NCBI GenBank assembly: GCA_965242695.1
Contig: CBDESU010000002.1
Coordinates: 1 to 64,000, forward strand
DNA length: 64,000 nt
Source: Cenarchaeum sp.
GTDB taxonomy: Archaea; Thermoproteota; Nitrososphaeria; Nitrososphaerales; Nitrosopumilaceae
Reading direction: 5' to 3'
Positions 51,373-61,362 of the stretch are shown in pieces (position 1 is the stretch's first letter; each line of letters begins with the position of its first letter). Under the pieces are notes generated by a model. The model was not told where the DNA came from. It saw nothing but the letters and a program-made list of their open reading frames with translations, and did not search any database. A program made the position numbers and the translations under genes.

Positions 51373-52089
51373 TCACCGGGCCGCCGGCATCCAGAGGCGC
51401 CTGGCGGCGGCCAGGTCAGAGTCGGCCCTGTCGGCAACGGCCCGGGCGGCGGAAACGGCCCCGTCGACGAGCTGCCCGGCCGAGACCGCCTGGACGGCGG
51501 CATCGGCGGCCGCCTCGGCGCCGCCGGCCTGCCGGGCCGCGGCCGCGGCCGCCGCGGCCGCCTGCGCGACCGCCCCTGCGGCCGAGTCAGCCGCGCGGGC
51601 GGCCGCGGCGGCAAGGACGCCGCCCCAGGGCATCTCGTCCACGGCACGGATCGACTCCTCTGCTACTGCGGATGCGACCTCGCCGGCGGCCAGAGCGGCC
51701 CTGCCCGGCGGCCCGGCGGCCGCGTCTTCCAGGTCACGTTCGCCGCGCGACTCTATGCCGTCCGCCGCCCTGCGGGCGGCATCGACAATCCTGCGGGTCA
51801 CGAGCGCGGCGGCCGCGGCATCGGTGGCGGCGCGGGCAAGCACGTAGTTTGCCCCGCCGCCCGCGGCCCCAGGGTCGACGCGGCACTTTTCCGCCTTGCG
51901 GGCCGCCTTGTAGGCGATTTCCGCTACAATGCCGGCCGCGCAGGCGGTTGCGAAGGCAGCGTCGGCGACCGCATCGCCCTCGGCACGGCCGCCGCTCGCA
52001 TCCATCGCCACGGCGCGCGCCGCGTCGCTCGCGCAGTCGGCTATCCCCCTGGCTTCTTCGTCAGCGGAATAGTCTACGACTGCGGACAA
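51373..52089 (-). CDS. Ala-rich hypothetical protein
   Basis: Helical Ala-rich ORF. A TATA-like gatata ~27 nt upstream suggests a TTG start at 52089. Confidence 0.4.
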   Translation of the reverse strand: MSAVVDYSADEEARGIADCASDAARAVAMDASGGRAEGDAVADAAFATACAAGIVAEIAYKAARKAEKCRVDPGAAGGGANYVLARAATDAAAAALVTRRIVDAARRAADGIESRGERDLEDAAAGPPGRAALAAGEVASAVAEESIRAVDEMPWGGVLAAAAARAADSAAGAVAQAAAAAAAAARQAGGAEAAADAAVQAVSAGQLVDGAVSAARAVADRADSDLAAARRLWMPAAR

Positions 52090-52203
52090 GACGGCCGGGC
52101 CTGCCGCTGCGCGCCTATATCCGCTGCCGCGCCGGCCTGCTGGCGAGGATGCGCCGGCATGCCCTGCGGGCATCCCACGAGACGCGTTTCGGCGCGCCGG
52201 CAG

Positions 52204-52229
52204 CCCCCCCCCCCCCCCCCCCCCCCCCC
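52204..52229. repeat. C26 homopolymer
   Basis: Run of 26 C. Confidence 0.9.
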
Positions 52230-52490
52230 GCCCGCCCAAGGCCGCGCAATAGGGGCTACAAAATTCCCCGCAGGGCCGCCGCGCGGTTCCGGACGCGCCG
52301 CCGCGGCCGCGCGTCTCATGCACCGTCCCCCTGCGGGCGACCGATCATTCACGCGGCAATGCACCCAGAGCCACTCGTTCCAAGCGTCCATTCCATCCCA
52401 TGTGCCAAGGCCTGCTTGCCGCCTCGCGCATGGGGAATTCGCAGTGGCTCGCATCAAATGGCATTTATGCGCCACGGGCGGCCCACGGCC

Positions 52491-53006
52491 ATGGGAGCGG
52501 GCGGCGGAAATGCGCGCGGCGGCGAGGCGGGTGCGCCGCCAAAGCCGGAGCGCGCTGCCGGAGGCGCGGGCCCCGCGGCGCACATGAGCGATGCCCTGGC
52601 CGCCGCGGCGGCCGGCGCCGAGCGCCCCACATGGGGGCTTGTCGAGACGCTGGACATTATGGCCGATGCGGATATGATGAGGCAGATTGCAGAGAGTGAG
52701 GAGGATAGGCGGGCGGGCAGGGTCGTGTCGCTGAAGGATTTCCTCAAGAAACTCGAGATTGAAGACAGGGAAGAAGGCGGCCGGCGGCGGGGCGCGGAGG
52801 CGGGCGTGAAAGGCGCATGCGATCCCGGCCTGGCGCTGCGAGTGCGGGCGCGGAGGGAAGAAACCGCGCCGGCGGGGCGTCAGGTGGATTCTGCCGCCAC
52901 GATGGATGACAAGGCAGCCACGGCCGGCGCAATTGCCGCGCGCACCGCGTCCCTGAGCCACGGGTGGGCCCGCTCCAGGTCGGCCACCGCAGGCGAGGCC
53001 GCATAG
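52491..53006 (+). CDS. Antitoxin-like protein (Phd/YefM/RelB-type tail), no adjacent toxin seen
   Basis: 'VETLDIMADADMMRQIAESEEDRRAGRVVSLKDFLKKL'. Start 52491 or 52584; 3' end overlaps the convergent gene. Confidence 0.5.
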   Translation: MGAGGGNARGGEAGAPPKPERAAGGAGPAAHMSDALAAAAAGAERPTWGLVETLDIMADADMMRQIAESEEDRRAGRVVSLKDFLKKLEIEDREEGGRRRGAEAGVKGACDPGLALRVRARREETAPAGRQVDSAATMDDKAATAGAIAARTASLSHGWARSRSATAGEAA

Positions 53007-54439
53007 TACGCGGCGCTGAGCGCCGAGAGGATCGGGGCTGCGTGCGAGGCGTCGGCCAGCGCCGCATCGCGCAGCTCGCGCAGCGCCTGCACCTGCGGCG
53101 CCAGCTCCGACCCGTACGCGGCCGTGGCCACAAGGCACCCGCCGCCCCCGCCAGGGGGATCGGAAGAGTCGGGCGGTAAGGGAGGGGGCGGCACTGGCCC
53201 TGCCTCCCCGCCCGCGGCATCGCCGCCGCCGGGGCCGGGCGGCGCGGCGGGCGACTGCCCCTCGCTTGCCGCCTCGCTTGCCGCGGCATCCTGCCGCTCC
53301 GGCGGCGCCCCGGGCGCCGCGCCCGGCTGCGCGGCCCCCGACGCAAGGTGCCTCTCTACGCAGCCCTCGTCGAGCCCGACGGCCGCGCAGATCGGCCCGT
53401 ACGCGGGGGCGTGGTTCTCGTCGTACCACTGCCGGTACGACTCGTCGGCCGCGTACCTGGCGATGTACGCAGAGGGGTCGAGCCCGCCGGCGAACGGGCC
53501 GGCGCCGCTCGGCGTCGCCGGCGATGCCTCCTGCGGGGCCGCATCGGGCGGCATCGGCGGCTGCGGCGGCGCGCCGCCGCCGGCGGCGGAGACGGCATCG
53601 CCGCCGTACGTCACGTACACGCGCTGCCCGGTGCACGAGTCGCCGACCCTGACGGTCTTCGAGTCGACCTGCAGCGAGCGGCCCTCCAGCGCGAATACGC
53701 GCAGCAGGAAAAAGTCCGGAATGTACGCGGCCTCGTATATGGCGCGTCCGGGCAGGTCCTGCACGGCCGCCGGCGCGGCGGCGACGCGGCCCTGGCCCGA
53801 GAACAGCTGCACGTCGTAGTCCCCGCCGATCGAGACGACCGCGCGCGTATAGTCCTCGCCGCAGTCCCAGGATACGGAGTATATGACGACGTCCTGCGAG
53901 CCCGACGGGGTCCCGGTGCGGCCGCCTCCTCCGCCCCCGCCTCCGCCTCCTCCGCCCCCTCCGCCTCCGACCACAAACGGCGGGGAAACCGCGGGAGGTG
54001 CGACGGGGACGGGAGGGGCGGGCGGGGGTTGAGGGGCGACGGGGGGCTCTGGAGGCGGGGGAGGAGGAGGCGGCGGCGGATCGGCATCGGGCGGCAGTAT
54101 GACGGCCGCGTTGGACTGCTCGCCGGTCGGCGAGGCGCCGCGCCCGTCCTGCGTCGCATTGCCGTCGCCTGGCGAGGGGGTTGCGCGCAGCCTGCCCTCC
54201 TCGGCCGCCGCCCCGGGCAGCGCAAACGGGCCGCGCGGCGCGGCGTCGCGCCCCTCTTCGGCCGGGCCGCCCGAGGGCGGCGCGGTGCCGGCGGCCAGGA
54301 AGAGCGCCAGCGCCAAGAGGGCCATGGCCGCAGCGGCCGCCATCGGGGCGCGGCGCAGGGGCGGCGGCAGCGGCCTGGAGGGTCGGGCAGTGCGCACGGC
54401 CGCCCGCGCTAGATGTGCCGCCCTAGTCATAGTTGCCAT
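52880..54439 (-). CDS. Pro/Gly-rich secreted protein with CFI-box-CTERM domain
   Basis: Hydrophobic signal 'MALLALALFLAAG', Pro and Gly tracts, 'DP..YI.RY..DE.Y..WYD', and C-terminal 'GGCLVATAAYGSELAPQVQ.LRELRD...YY..SP.VAD..R.HP'. Start uncertain. Confidence 0.75.
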   Translation of the reverse strand: MATMTRAAHLARAAVRTARPSRPLPPPLRRAPMAAAAAMALLALALFLAAGTAPPSGGPAEEGRDAAPRGPFALPGAAAEEGRLRATPSPGDGNATQDGRGASPTGEQSNAAVILPPDADPPPPPPPPPPEPPVAPQPPPAPPVPVAPPAVSPPFVVGGGGGGGGGGGGGGGGRTGTPSGSQDVVIYSVSWDCGEDYTRAVVSIGGDYDVQLFSGQGRVAAAPAAVQDLPGRAIYEAAYIPDFFLLRVFALEGRSLQVDSKTVRVGDSCTGQRVYVTYGGDAVSAAGGGAPPQPPMPPDAAPQEASPATPSGAGPFAGGLDPSAYIARYAADESYRQWYDENHAPAYGPICAAVGLDEGCVERHLASGAAQPGAAPGAPPERQDAAASEAASEGQSPAAPPGPGGGDAAGGEAGPVPPPPLPPDSSDPPGGGGGCLVATAAYGSELAPQVQALRELRDAALADASHAAPILSALSAAYYAASPAVADLERAHPWLRDAVRAAIAPAVAALSSIVAAEST

Positions 54440-54790
54440 CCCCGCGCCGGAGCGCCCCCTGCCTGCAAGCGCAATTGGCCATCCCGTAGCCGGGGCGTAT
54501 ATCAAGAGTCCCCATGCGGCCGGGGACTGGGCGGCAGGCCTGCACGGATGTCCCCGCCGTCTGTCGGGCGCAGAGCGCTGCGGCCTAGCTTGGGGGCGTG
54601 GGGGACGGGCCGGCACGGATGTCCCCACCCCGATGCGCCAGGCAGGCCGGCCATGGGCGCAGGCAGTGTGCCAGCCCGGCAGCCACCGCCGTTGCGCGGG
54701 ATTGCCACTTGCTCAAGCACATGGGACGACCTGTGCTACGCGTCAAGGCAGAAAACGTGGCTATTTATAGCGGTGATTGTGAGCCGGTTT

Positions 54791-55393
54791 GTGGTAGCGC
54801 AGGAGGCAGTCAGAGAGTCGGCGGGGGCAGCAGTAGTTGCGCATACGACCATTGCGGAAGAGGTCGGCACGCCTGCGCAGCAACGGCAGGCCCGTACCGT
54901 TGCAGCCAACGCCTCGGTTGCATCTAGGAGCGGCACTGCGTCGCAGGGCGCCCCTGACCGCGGCACAGTCGAGATGGTCGAGCGCGCCATATTCCTGCAC
55001 CACCCGTACGATAACAGGGAGCGCCTGCGCAGCATCCTGCCCAGGAAGACTAGCGTTGAGGCCCTCGATCGCGTGCTGGACCACCTAGAGCGCTCCGGAA
55101 GGATCGCCATCGACGGGGAGGCCATACGCTGGGCAGCAGAGGCGGACGGCGAGGCGGACGGCGCCCTAAAGGCCGACGACAAGTCGATACTCGCGGGCAC
55201 GAACCTCGAGTGGCTCGAAGAGGGCAAGCTGCCGACCGAGACGATCGGCGAGTACATTGTGAGGGTGACCAACGCCCACGAGCCTGGGTCGTGCACGGCA
55301 GAGGATGCAAAGGAATACGACGAGGATATGCGCCAAGCGGCAAGGGGCGTGTCATATACGCACGAGCAGGTTTGGAAAGAGTTCGGGCCATGA
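54791..55393 (+). CDS. wHTH-like protein with antitoxin-like C-terminal tail
   Basis: 'LDRVLDHLERSGRI' wHTH segment and tail 'EDMRQAARGVSYTHEQVWKEFG'. TATTTATA at 54762 supports a GTG start. Confidence 0.55.
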   Translation: MVAQEAVRESAGAAVVAHTTIAEEVGTPAQQRQARTVAANASVASRSGTASQGAPDRGTVEMVERAIFLHHPYDNRERLRSILPRKTSVEALDRVLDHLERSGRIAIDGEAIRWAAEADGEADGALKADDKSILAGTNLEWLEEGKLPTETIGEYIVRVTNAHEPGSCTAEDAKEYDEDMRQAARGVSYTHEQVWKEFGP

Positions 55394-55646
55394 CGCACAG
55401 TGCGGAACATGGACAAGATACCAAGGACGCTAGGCAATGCCAGCTGAGATGGTGGGAGGAACAAGCCGCGGCGATGGCTAGTTGATCCGTACCGGACAAC
55501 ACGCATGGCCGGGAGCATGCCCCGTGGGTGCCGGGCAAGCCCGGAGAGGGGCGCAACGCAAGGCGCTCCGCGCGCAGAGGCGGGCGCAGGATGCCTTTTT
55601 TGCCGCCGTAACGCGCATCGCCTAGCGCCGATCCCCCGCGCCGCCC

Positions 55647-57038
55647 CTACTCGACGTAGTGGTGGTGGACGAGGTTGTCGTAGAACCGCACCGACTTTAT
55701 GTTGACGAACTCCAGTATGCCGTACCGCGACAGCTCGCGCCCGAACCCGCTGTGCTTGATGCCGCCGAACGGTATGCGCGGGTCGGAGACGACGACGTTG
55801 TTGACGCTGACTATGCCAGACTCTATGCGCCGCGATATGCGCTCGGCCTTTGAGAGGTTCGTCGACCACACGCTCGCTCCGAGCCCGAACTCTATGTCGT
55901 TGGCCATGCGGACGGCCTCGCTCTCGTTGTCGACGACGGTGACCGGCGCGACCGGCCCGAACGTCTCCTCTCTTGCGATCCGCATATCCGGCGTGATCCC
56001 CGTGAGTATGGTCGGCTTGTAGTAGTAGCCGCGGCCGCCCGGGGGCTGGCCGCCGATGACGACGGATGCGCCCTTTGAGACGGCGTCGTCGACGATCGAC
56101 GATATCGACTCCAGGCCGTCCCTGCTCGCGAGCGGCCCGATGTCCGTGTCGGGCGACTCGGGGTCGCCTACTCGCAGCCGGGCCGCCTCCTTTGCAAACC
56201 TCTCTACGAACTCGTCGGCTACGTTGCGCACGACGAAGAACCGCTTTGATGCGATGCAGCTCTGCCCGCAGTTTATGAAGCGCCCCTTGACGGCGCCGGC
56301 GGCGGCCTTTTCGACGTTTGCGTCCTCGAGCACGATGAACGGGTCGCTGCCGCCGAGCTCCAGCACGCACTTCTTGAGGCTCGCCGATGCGCGCTGCGCT
56401 ACCTTTGCTCCGGCCCCCGTGCTGCCCGTGAACGTGACGGCGCTGACCGGCGAGTCGACGAGGTCGCCGGCCGACTCTACGCTGCCGACGACCGTCTGGA
56501 AGACGCCCTCGGGAAAGCCGGCCTCGGTGAACGCGCGCTCCATCTCGATGCCGCACTGCATCGAGACGCGGGACGGCTTCATGACGATGGTGTTGCCGGC
56601 CATGAGGCACGGCGCGGCGAAGCGCAGCGCCTGCCAGTACGGAAAGTTCCACGGCATTATCGAGCCGATGACGCCGAGCGGCTCGAACGTCAGAAAGCTC
56701 TTGCGGGCGTCGGTGTGGAGGACCTCTTCGTGGAGAAAGCTGTCGGCGTGGTCGGCGTAGAACTCTAGGGCCCACGCGCACTTTTCGACCTCGCCGACCG
56801 ACTCCTTGAGGACCTTGCCCATCTCGCGCGTCGCGACGCGCGCAAGCTCTTCCCTGTGCGACTTTAGGTACGAGACGAGGTTGTACACGTAGCTGCGCCG
56901 CTTCTCGATGTCCTTGCGCCACTCGAGGAACGCGCGGCGGGCCGTCTCGACGAGCTGGTTGACCTGCGCCGTCGTCATTGCGTCGTAGGTCTGGATGGGC
57001 TCCTCGGTCGCGGGGTTGACCGTCGTTATCTGGGGCAT
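55647..57038 (-). CDS. NAD(P)-dependent aldehyde dehydrogenase (succinate-semialdehyde dehydrogenase-like)
   Basis: MPWNFP, FTGSTGAG, LELGGSDP, catalytic NCGQSC, EETFGPV, PFGGIKHSGFGRE. Confidence 0.95.
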   Translation of the reverse strand: MPQITTVNPATEEPIQTYDAMTTAQVNQLVETARRAFLEWRKDIEKRRSYVYNLVSYLKSHREELARVATREMGKVLKESVGEVEKCAWALEFYADHADSFLHEEVLHTDARKSFLTFEPLGVIGSIMPWNFPYWQALRFAAPCLMAGNTIVMKPSRVSMQCGIEMERAFTEAGFPEGVFQTVVGSVESAGDLVDSPVSAVTFTGSTGAGAKVAQRASASLKKCVLELGGSDPFIVLEDANVEKAAAGAVKGRFINCGQSCIASKRFFVVRNVADEFVERFAKEAARLRVGDPESPDTDIGPLASRDGLESISSIVDDAVSKGASVVIGGQPPGGRGYYYKPTILTGITPDMRIAREETFGPVAPVTVVDNESEAVRMANDIEFGLGASVWSTNLSKAERISRRIESGIVSVNNVVVSDPRIPFGGIKHSGFGRELSRYGILEFVNIKSVRFYDNLVHHHYVE

Positions 57039-57191
57039 GCGCAGGGCGGGCGCGCAGGCCGGACAATTTAAGGTGTGGCGGGCGCTCCGTCGCGGCGGCC
57101 CAGAGGTCCTGCGCGGCGCGGCTTGCCGAGCGCGGGCGGAACGCCGAGCGCGGGACGGAGCGTTTAAGGCGGGCTGGCAACCACGCGCGGC

Positions 57192-57941
57192 ATGCAGGCG
57201 GGGCGGGAGCAGGAGGCAGGGCGGGCGGCGCATGGCAACGCCTGCCCCGCCGCAGCGGCCACAGACGGCAGGGCCGAGTTCAAGGAAAGGCTCGTGTCGC
57301 TCGTCGATCCGGCCGGCCTGATGGACATGGGGAGGTGCGGCAGGACCGCATCCCTCATGGAGAGCGAGTCCTCGCGGGCAGGGTACGCGGCCGGCGTGAG
57401 GATGTCGCGCCTCTGGGCAGCCATCTTTGCGGACATCGACTACATAGCCGGCATGCCAGTCGAGGACGGGGTGCTAGGCCACGCCTCTGTCGCCGTCCGG
57501 CACATGAAGGAGGTGCTCTTCGAGACGGCCGATGCGTACAGGGACGGCAGGGACGCGGAGCCGATTGCAGAGCTGGAACATGCCAGGGACGCGGTCGCGC
57601 TCCTCCGGGCCGAGGCAGACGAGTGCGCCGAGGCGGTGAGGGCCGCGGGCGGCCCGCCCGGCGCGTCCCTGCCCGACTCCGACAAGAAGCACATCGGCAG
57701 GGCCTGCAGGGATGTCATAAGAGATATTATTGAAAGGGTGCGCGCGGAGCGAAGGGAACTCGGGGAGGATCCCATATTCCCGCCAAAGCCCGGGCCGATC
57801 GAAGATCACTTCGGGGATGCAGACGACCCCAACCTTTCTGTGCTCGACTGGCTTGCCATGGAGAGGGGCGAGGGAGTTCCCGAAGGATACCATAGGGACG
57901 AGGTTGACGACGATGTGGTTGGGCGGCAAGGCAGGGACTAG
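57192..57941 (+). CDS. Hypothetical 249-aa protein, copy 1 (putative PIN partner)
   Basis: Highly similar to 58212-58961; TTTAAG ~25 nt upstream. Confidence 0.75.
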   Translation: MQAGREQEAGRAAHGNACPAAAATDGRAEFKERLVSLVDPAGLMDMGRCGRTASLMESESSRAGYAAGVRMSRLWAAIFADIDYIAGMPVEDGVLGHASVAVRHMKEVLFETADAYRDGRDAEPIAELEHARDAVALLRAEADECAEAVRAAGGPPGASLPDSDKKHIGRACRDVIRDIIERVRAERRELGEDPIFPPKPGPIEDHFGDADDPNLSVLDWLAMERGEGVPEGYHRDEVDDDVVGRQGRD

Positions 57942-58140
57942 GGGCGGCCTCGTAACAGAGTGATCGCGGCACTTACCTTTTGCGAAATGCACCACTTGGG
58001 AGCACCTAGGATGTTCGACGCGGCTAATAGGAGCAGGTGCAGTGTAATCACCTCGCGGCTGGCCATTATGTAGGCGCCGGTGCGGCGCGCCGGAAGGCAC
58101 TCCATCGCTGCGGCCGCGGGAGGGCAGGGGTAGCACAGCA
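57913..58140 (+). pseudogene. Decayed PIN toxin, copy 1
   Basis: Remnant 'VIAAL....MHHLGA.R.FDAA......TSRLAIM*' aligns to 58933-59556. Confidence 0.7.
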
Positions 58141-58211
58141 TGCCCCGCACTGCACGGCCCGCCTAGCGTGAGGCGGAATGTTTAAGAAGGGCAGGGCAGG
58201 CGGCGCGCGGC

Positions 58212-58961
58212 ATGCAGGCGGGGCAGGAACAGAAGGTAGGGCAGGCGGCGCGGCGCAGTGCCGGCTCCTCCGTAGCGGCCACGGATGGCAGGGCCGAGTT
58301 CAAGGAAAGGCTCGTGTCGCTCGTCGATCCGGCCGGCCTGATGGACATGGGGAGGTGCGGCAGGACGGCGGCCCTCATGGAGAGCGAGTCCTCGCGGGCA
58401 GGGTACGCGGCCGGCGTGAGGATGTCGCGCCTCTGGGCAGCCATCTTTGCAGACATCGACTACATAGCCGGCATGCCCGTCGAGGATGGGGTGCTAAGCG
58501 ATGCCTCTGTCGCCGTCCGGCACATGAAGGAGGTGCTATTCGCGATGTCCGATGCGTACAGGGACGGCAGGGATGCGGAGCCGATCGCAGATCTGGAAGA
58601 GGCCAGGGACGCGGTCGCGCTAATCCGGGCCGAGGCCGACGAGCGCGCCGAGGCGGTAAGGGCCGCGGGCGGCCCTCCCGGCGCGGCCCTCCCCGACTCC
58701 GACAAGAAGTACATTGGCAGGGCCTGCAGGGACGTTATAAGGGAGTATATTGAAAGGGTGCGCGCGGAGATGAGGGAGCTTGGCATCGATCCCATATTCC
58801 CGCCAAAGCCCAGGCCGATCGAGGAGTGTTTTGGGGACGCAGACGACCCCAACCTTTCGGTGTCCGACTGGCTCGACATGGAGAGGGGTAAAGGAACACC
58901 CGAAGGGTACCATTTGGACGAGGTTGACGACGATGGGGTTGGGCGGCAAGGCAAGGACTAA
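58212..58961 (+). CDS. Hypothetical 249-aa protein, copy 2 (putative PIN partner)
   Basis: Duplicate of 57192-57941; overlaps the start of the PIN gene. Confidence 0.75.
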   Translation: MQAGQEQKVGQAARRSAGSSVAATDGRAEFKERLVSLVDPAGLMDMGRCGRTAALMESESSRAGYAAGVRMSRLWAAIFADIDYIAGMPVEDGVLSDASVAVRHMKEVLFAMSDAYRDGRDAEPIADLEEARDAVALIRAEADERAEAVRAAGGPPGAALPDSDKKYIGRACRDVIREYIERVRAEMRELGIDPIFPPKPRPIEECFGDADDPNLSVSDWLDMERGKGTPEGYHLDEVDDDGVGRQGKD

Positions 58962-59556
58962 GGTCTACCTCGACAGCGGAGTGATCGCGGCACTTGCTCT
59001 TTTCTTCGACATGCACCACTTGGGCGCATTCAGGGTATTCGACGCGGCGAGGAAGTGCGGTTGTGAAATAGTCACCTCGCGGCTGGCCATTATGGAGGCG
59101 GTCAGCGTGGTGCGCCGGAGGACTGTAGAGGCGCACAAGCGGCGGTCTGAGAGCGGCTCGGATCTAGCAGGTGTGGAGGCGCACATGCGCGAAGCCGTGT
59201 CGAGGATGTTCGAGCTCGTGCGTGGCCTAGAAAATGCGGGCATCTTGAAAGTCGTGGAAATCGACGACAGGACCCTCGACCTTGCCCTCCTGCAGCGCAA
59301 GGTGGTCGAGCACGTAGGTCGGATCAGAGTGCCGGCCGCCGATGGCAAGAGGTTCCGGCACATTGGGATCGGGGCGTGCGACTGGCTGCACATTTGGATT
59401 GCCAAGTGCATCGACGCGGACGTGATCTGTACGACCGACGCGGCATTTGTCGAGATAGTTGGCAACGACGACGAGTTCGGCCACATTCAGGTGCAGATGA
59501 CGAACGGGCCGCTGATCGACCTGCTGGGCGGCGGCGGGGCCGGCGAGTCGGGCTAA
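58933..59556 (+). CDS. PIN-domain (VapC-like) nuclease
   Basis: 'VYLDSGV', 'TS.LAIME', 'D.LH..IA' and 'TTD..F' give the PIN acidic residue pattern. Confidence 0.8.
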   Translation: MGLGGKARTKVYLDSGVIAALALFFDMHHLGAFRVFDAARKCGCEIVTSRLAIMEAVSVVRRRTVEAHKRRSESGSDLAGVEAHMREAVSRMFELVRGLENAGILKVVEIDDRTLDLALLQRKVVEHVGRIRVPAADGKRFRHIGIGACDWLHIWIAKCIDADVICTTDAAFVEIVGNDDEFGHIQVQMTNGPLIDLLGGGGAGESG

Positions 59557-59707
59557 ACGCTGTGCGCGGATGCGATGCGCCCACGGTCCTAGTACGCAGG
59601 CCTGGTGGCGCACTGCCGCCAGCCCGGTCTAGCCGCAGAGCAAGAATTTGGCGGGCGGCGCCTGATCCTCCGCGCACGGCAGTCCGCCCGCGCCCCGCCC
59701 GCGCGGC

Positions 59708-60493
59708 CTACCCGAATAGTACTTCCTGCGCCAGGCAAAGCCTGCCCCGGACGGCGGCGGCCGACGCCGCCGCTCCCGCCCGTCCCGCAAACTCCTCGCT
59801 GCCGCGCAGGCGCTCAAACCGCGCCCCCACGTCCGCAGGGGGGCCGCCCGCGCTGCGGGCAAATGCGACGAATACAGAGTCGAGCAGCGGCATGCGCAGG
59901 CGCCCGCGCCCGTCGCCGAACGGCCGCGGTCCGAGCGCGGCGCGGACGTCCCGGCAGACGGCCGCAAACCTGCCGCGCTCCCCGTCCACAAACTCCCCGC
60001 CCGGGTCCCTGCGCCTTGCCATGAACCCGGACAGGAAGGCCCTCATCGGCGGCCCGTAGCCTGCGCCCTCGCGGAGCAGCGCCATGCAGCGAAGCACCGC
60101 CTCGACGTCCCGCATCTGCGGATCGGGGAGGGGCAGCCCGAGCACGTCCCTCCAGTCCTTGTCGAGGTTCATTTCCACAAGGGCATCGGCGAGGCCCCCC
60201 GCCAAGAGGCAGCTGCGGGCCTCCGGGGGTCCGGCGGGCCCGCCCGCCGTGTGGAGGAGCTCGAACATCTCGTGCATGGCCATGCCGCCGGCGTCCGCGT
60301 TCAGGAATATTACCGCCCTGAGCACCGCGCCCCTGAGCCTCTGCTGGTCGTCCTCGTCCAGGTCCCAGAACGTCCTGCCGCAGAGCCTGCTGGCCCTGTT
60401 GATCCCCGCAATGCGAAACCTCCCGCCGCCGCGGGGCGCGCTCCCGGGGTACCTGCGGTCCAGGCAGGAAAACACCGTCAAGGGGCGCTGCAC
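59708..60493 (-). pseudogene. DUF262 (GmrS/ParB-like) protein remnant
   Basis: 'QR.LT', 'GRTF.DL...DQ..L', 'EMFE.L.T.G....P.E.R' and 'RDVE.VLR..AL' are recognisable; the N-terminal QR/W and DGQQR motifs are degraded. Confidence 0.6.
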
Positions 60494-60804
60494 TGCTCGT
60501 TCAGGGCAGACGGGGTGACCGTGGCGTCGGTGCCGCAGGTCGCGGCGGACCTGTACGATGCGGGCGGGCCGTGCGTGGATGCCGCCGGGATGCTCGTCGA
60601 GAAGGTGAGGGATGCCGCCTTACGAGAGGCATGAGGCGGATATCTGGCGGCGGCGTCCGAGCCCGTGTCCTGCTCGGGGGTTGGCTGTTCACACGGCGGT
60701 CAACTCGGGGTCCGGCTTTAGAGTGCAGGTTCTGCCAGTCTCCCCCGAATACGGGCGGGCGGGGGCGAGCAATAAGATATACGGGCGCCCCGGAAGGCCG
60801 GGGC

Positions 60805-61350
60805 GTGCAGGGGAGCGGCGGAGCCTCTGGGGACGGCAAGGGCGGGGAGCGCGGGCCGCGGCTCGACAGGCGGGCCCTGCCGATGATCGTCGCGGCGGCC
60901 GCAATCGTGGCCGGCGGCATCGTGGTGTTCAACCTTCCCGATGCGCCGGGCGGAGGCGGCGTCGGTACGGCCCCGCCCATGGGCGGGCCGTCGGCGCCCG
61001 GCCTGCCAGTCTCGTCGGGCCCCGTCACCGTAATGCAGTACGGGCACCGCCTCGGCGACAGCGTGTTCGTCAACGTGGCAGGCCTCGCGCCCGGCGAGGC
61101 CGGCGCAATCGCGGTTCTCGCCCCCGACGGCACGGCGTACAGGCAGTACGAGTACGACGGTTCCGCCAAGGGGTCCTTCAACGTGTACTTTATGCCAGAC
61201 ACGTCGGCCCGGCTCGGCCTGTGCACGGCAGGCGACCTGGTCGGCACATGGACGGTCGTGTTCGCGGGAGGCGCATACCGGCCGCTCCAGTTCGCCGTGG
61301 TGGACGAGTGGGTTCCCGGCGCCGAGGATACGATCGGGGACGAGTGCTGA
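60805..61350 (+). CDS. Membrane-anchored hypothetical protein
   Basis: One TM helix (IVAAAAIVAGGIVVF) followed by a beta-rich domain 'FNVYF.P......C...DLVGTW.VVF.G..Y..L.F'. Confidence 0.7.
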   Translation: MQGSGGASGDGKGGERGPRLDRRALPMIVAAAAIVAGGIVVFNLPDAPGGGGVGTAPPMGGPSAPGLPVSSGPVTVMQYGHRLGDSVFVNVAGLAPGEAGAIAVLAPDGTAYRQYEYDGSAKGSFNVYFMPDTSARLGLCTAGDLVGTWTVVFAGGAYRPLQFAVVDEWVPGAEDTIGDEC

Positions 61351-61362
61351 CCGGCGGGGGCG

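Noticed and set aside
15000-60500. IS element, integrase or provirus driving the accessory region
   Set aside because: No transposase, recombinase or viral structural motifs recognised, and no terminal inverted repeats or att-like duplication of the tRNA 3' end found by eye.
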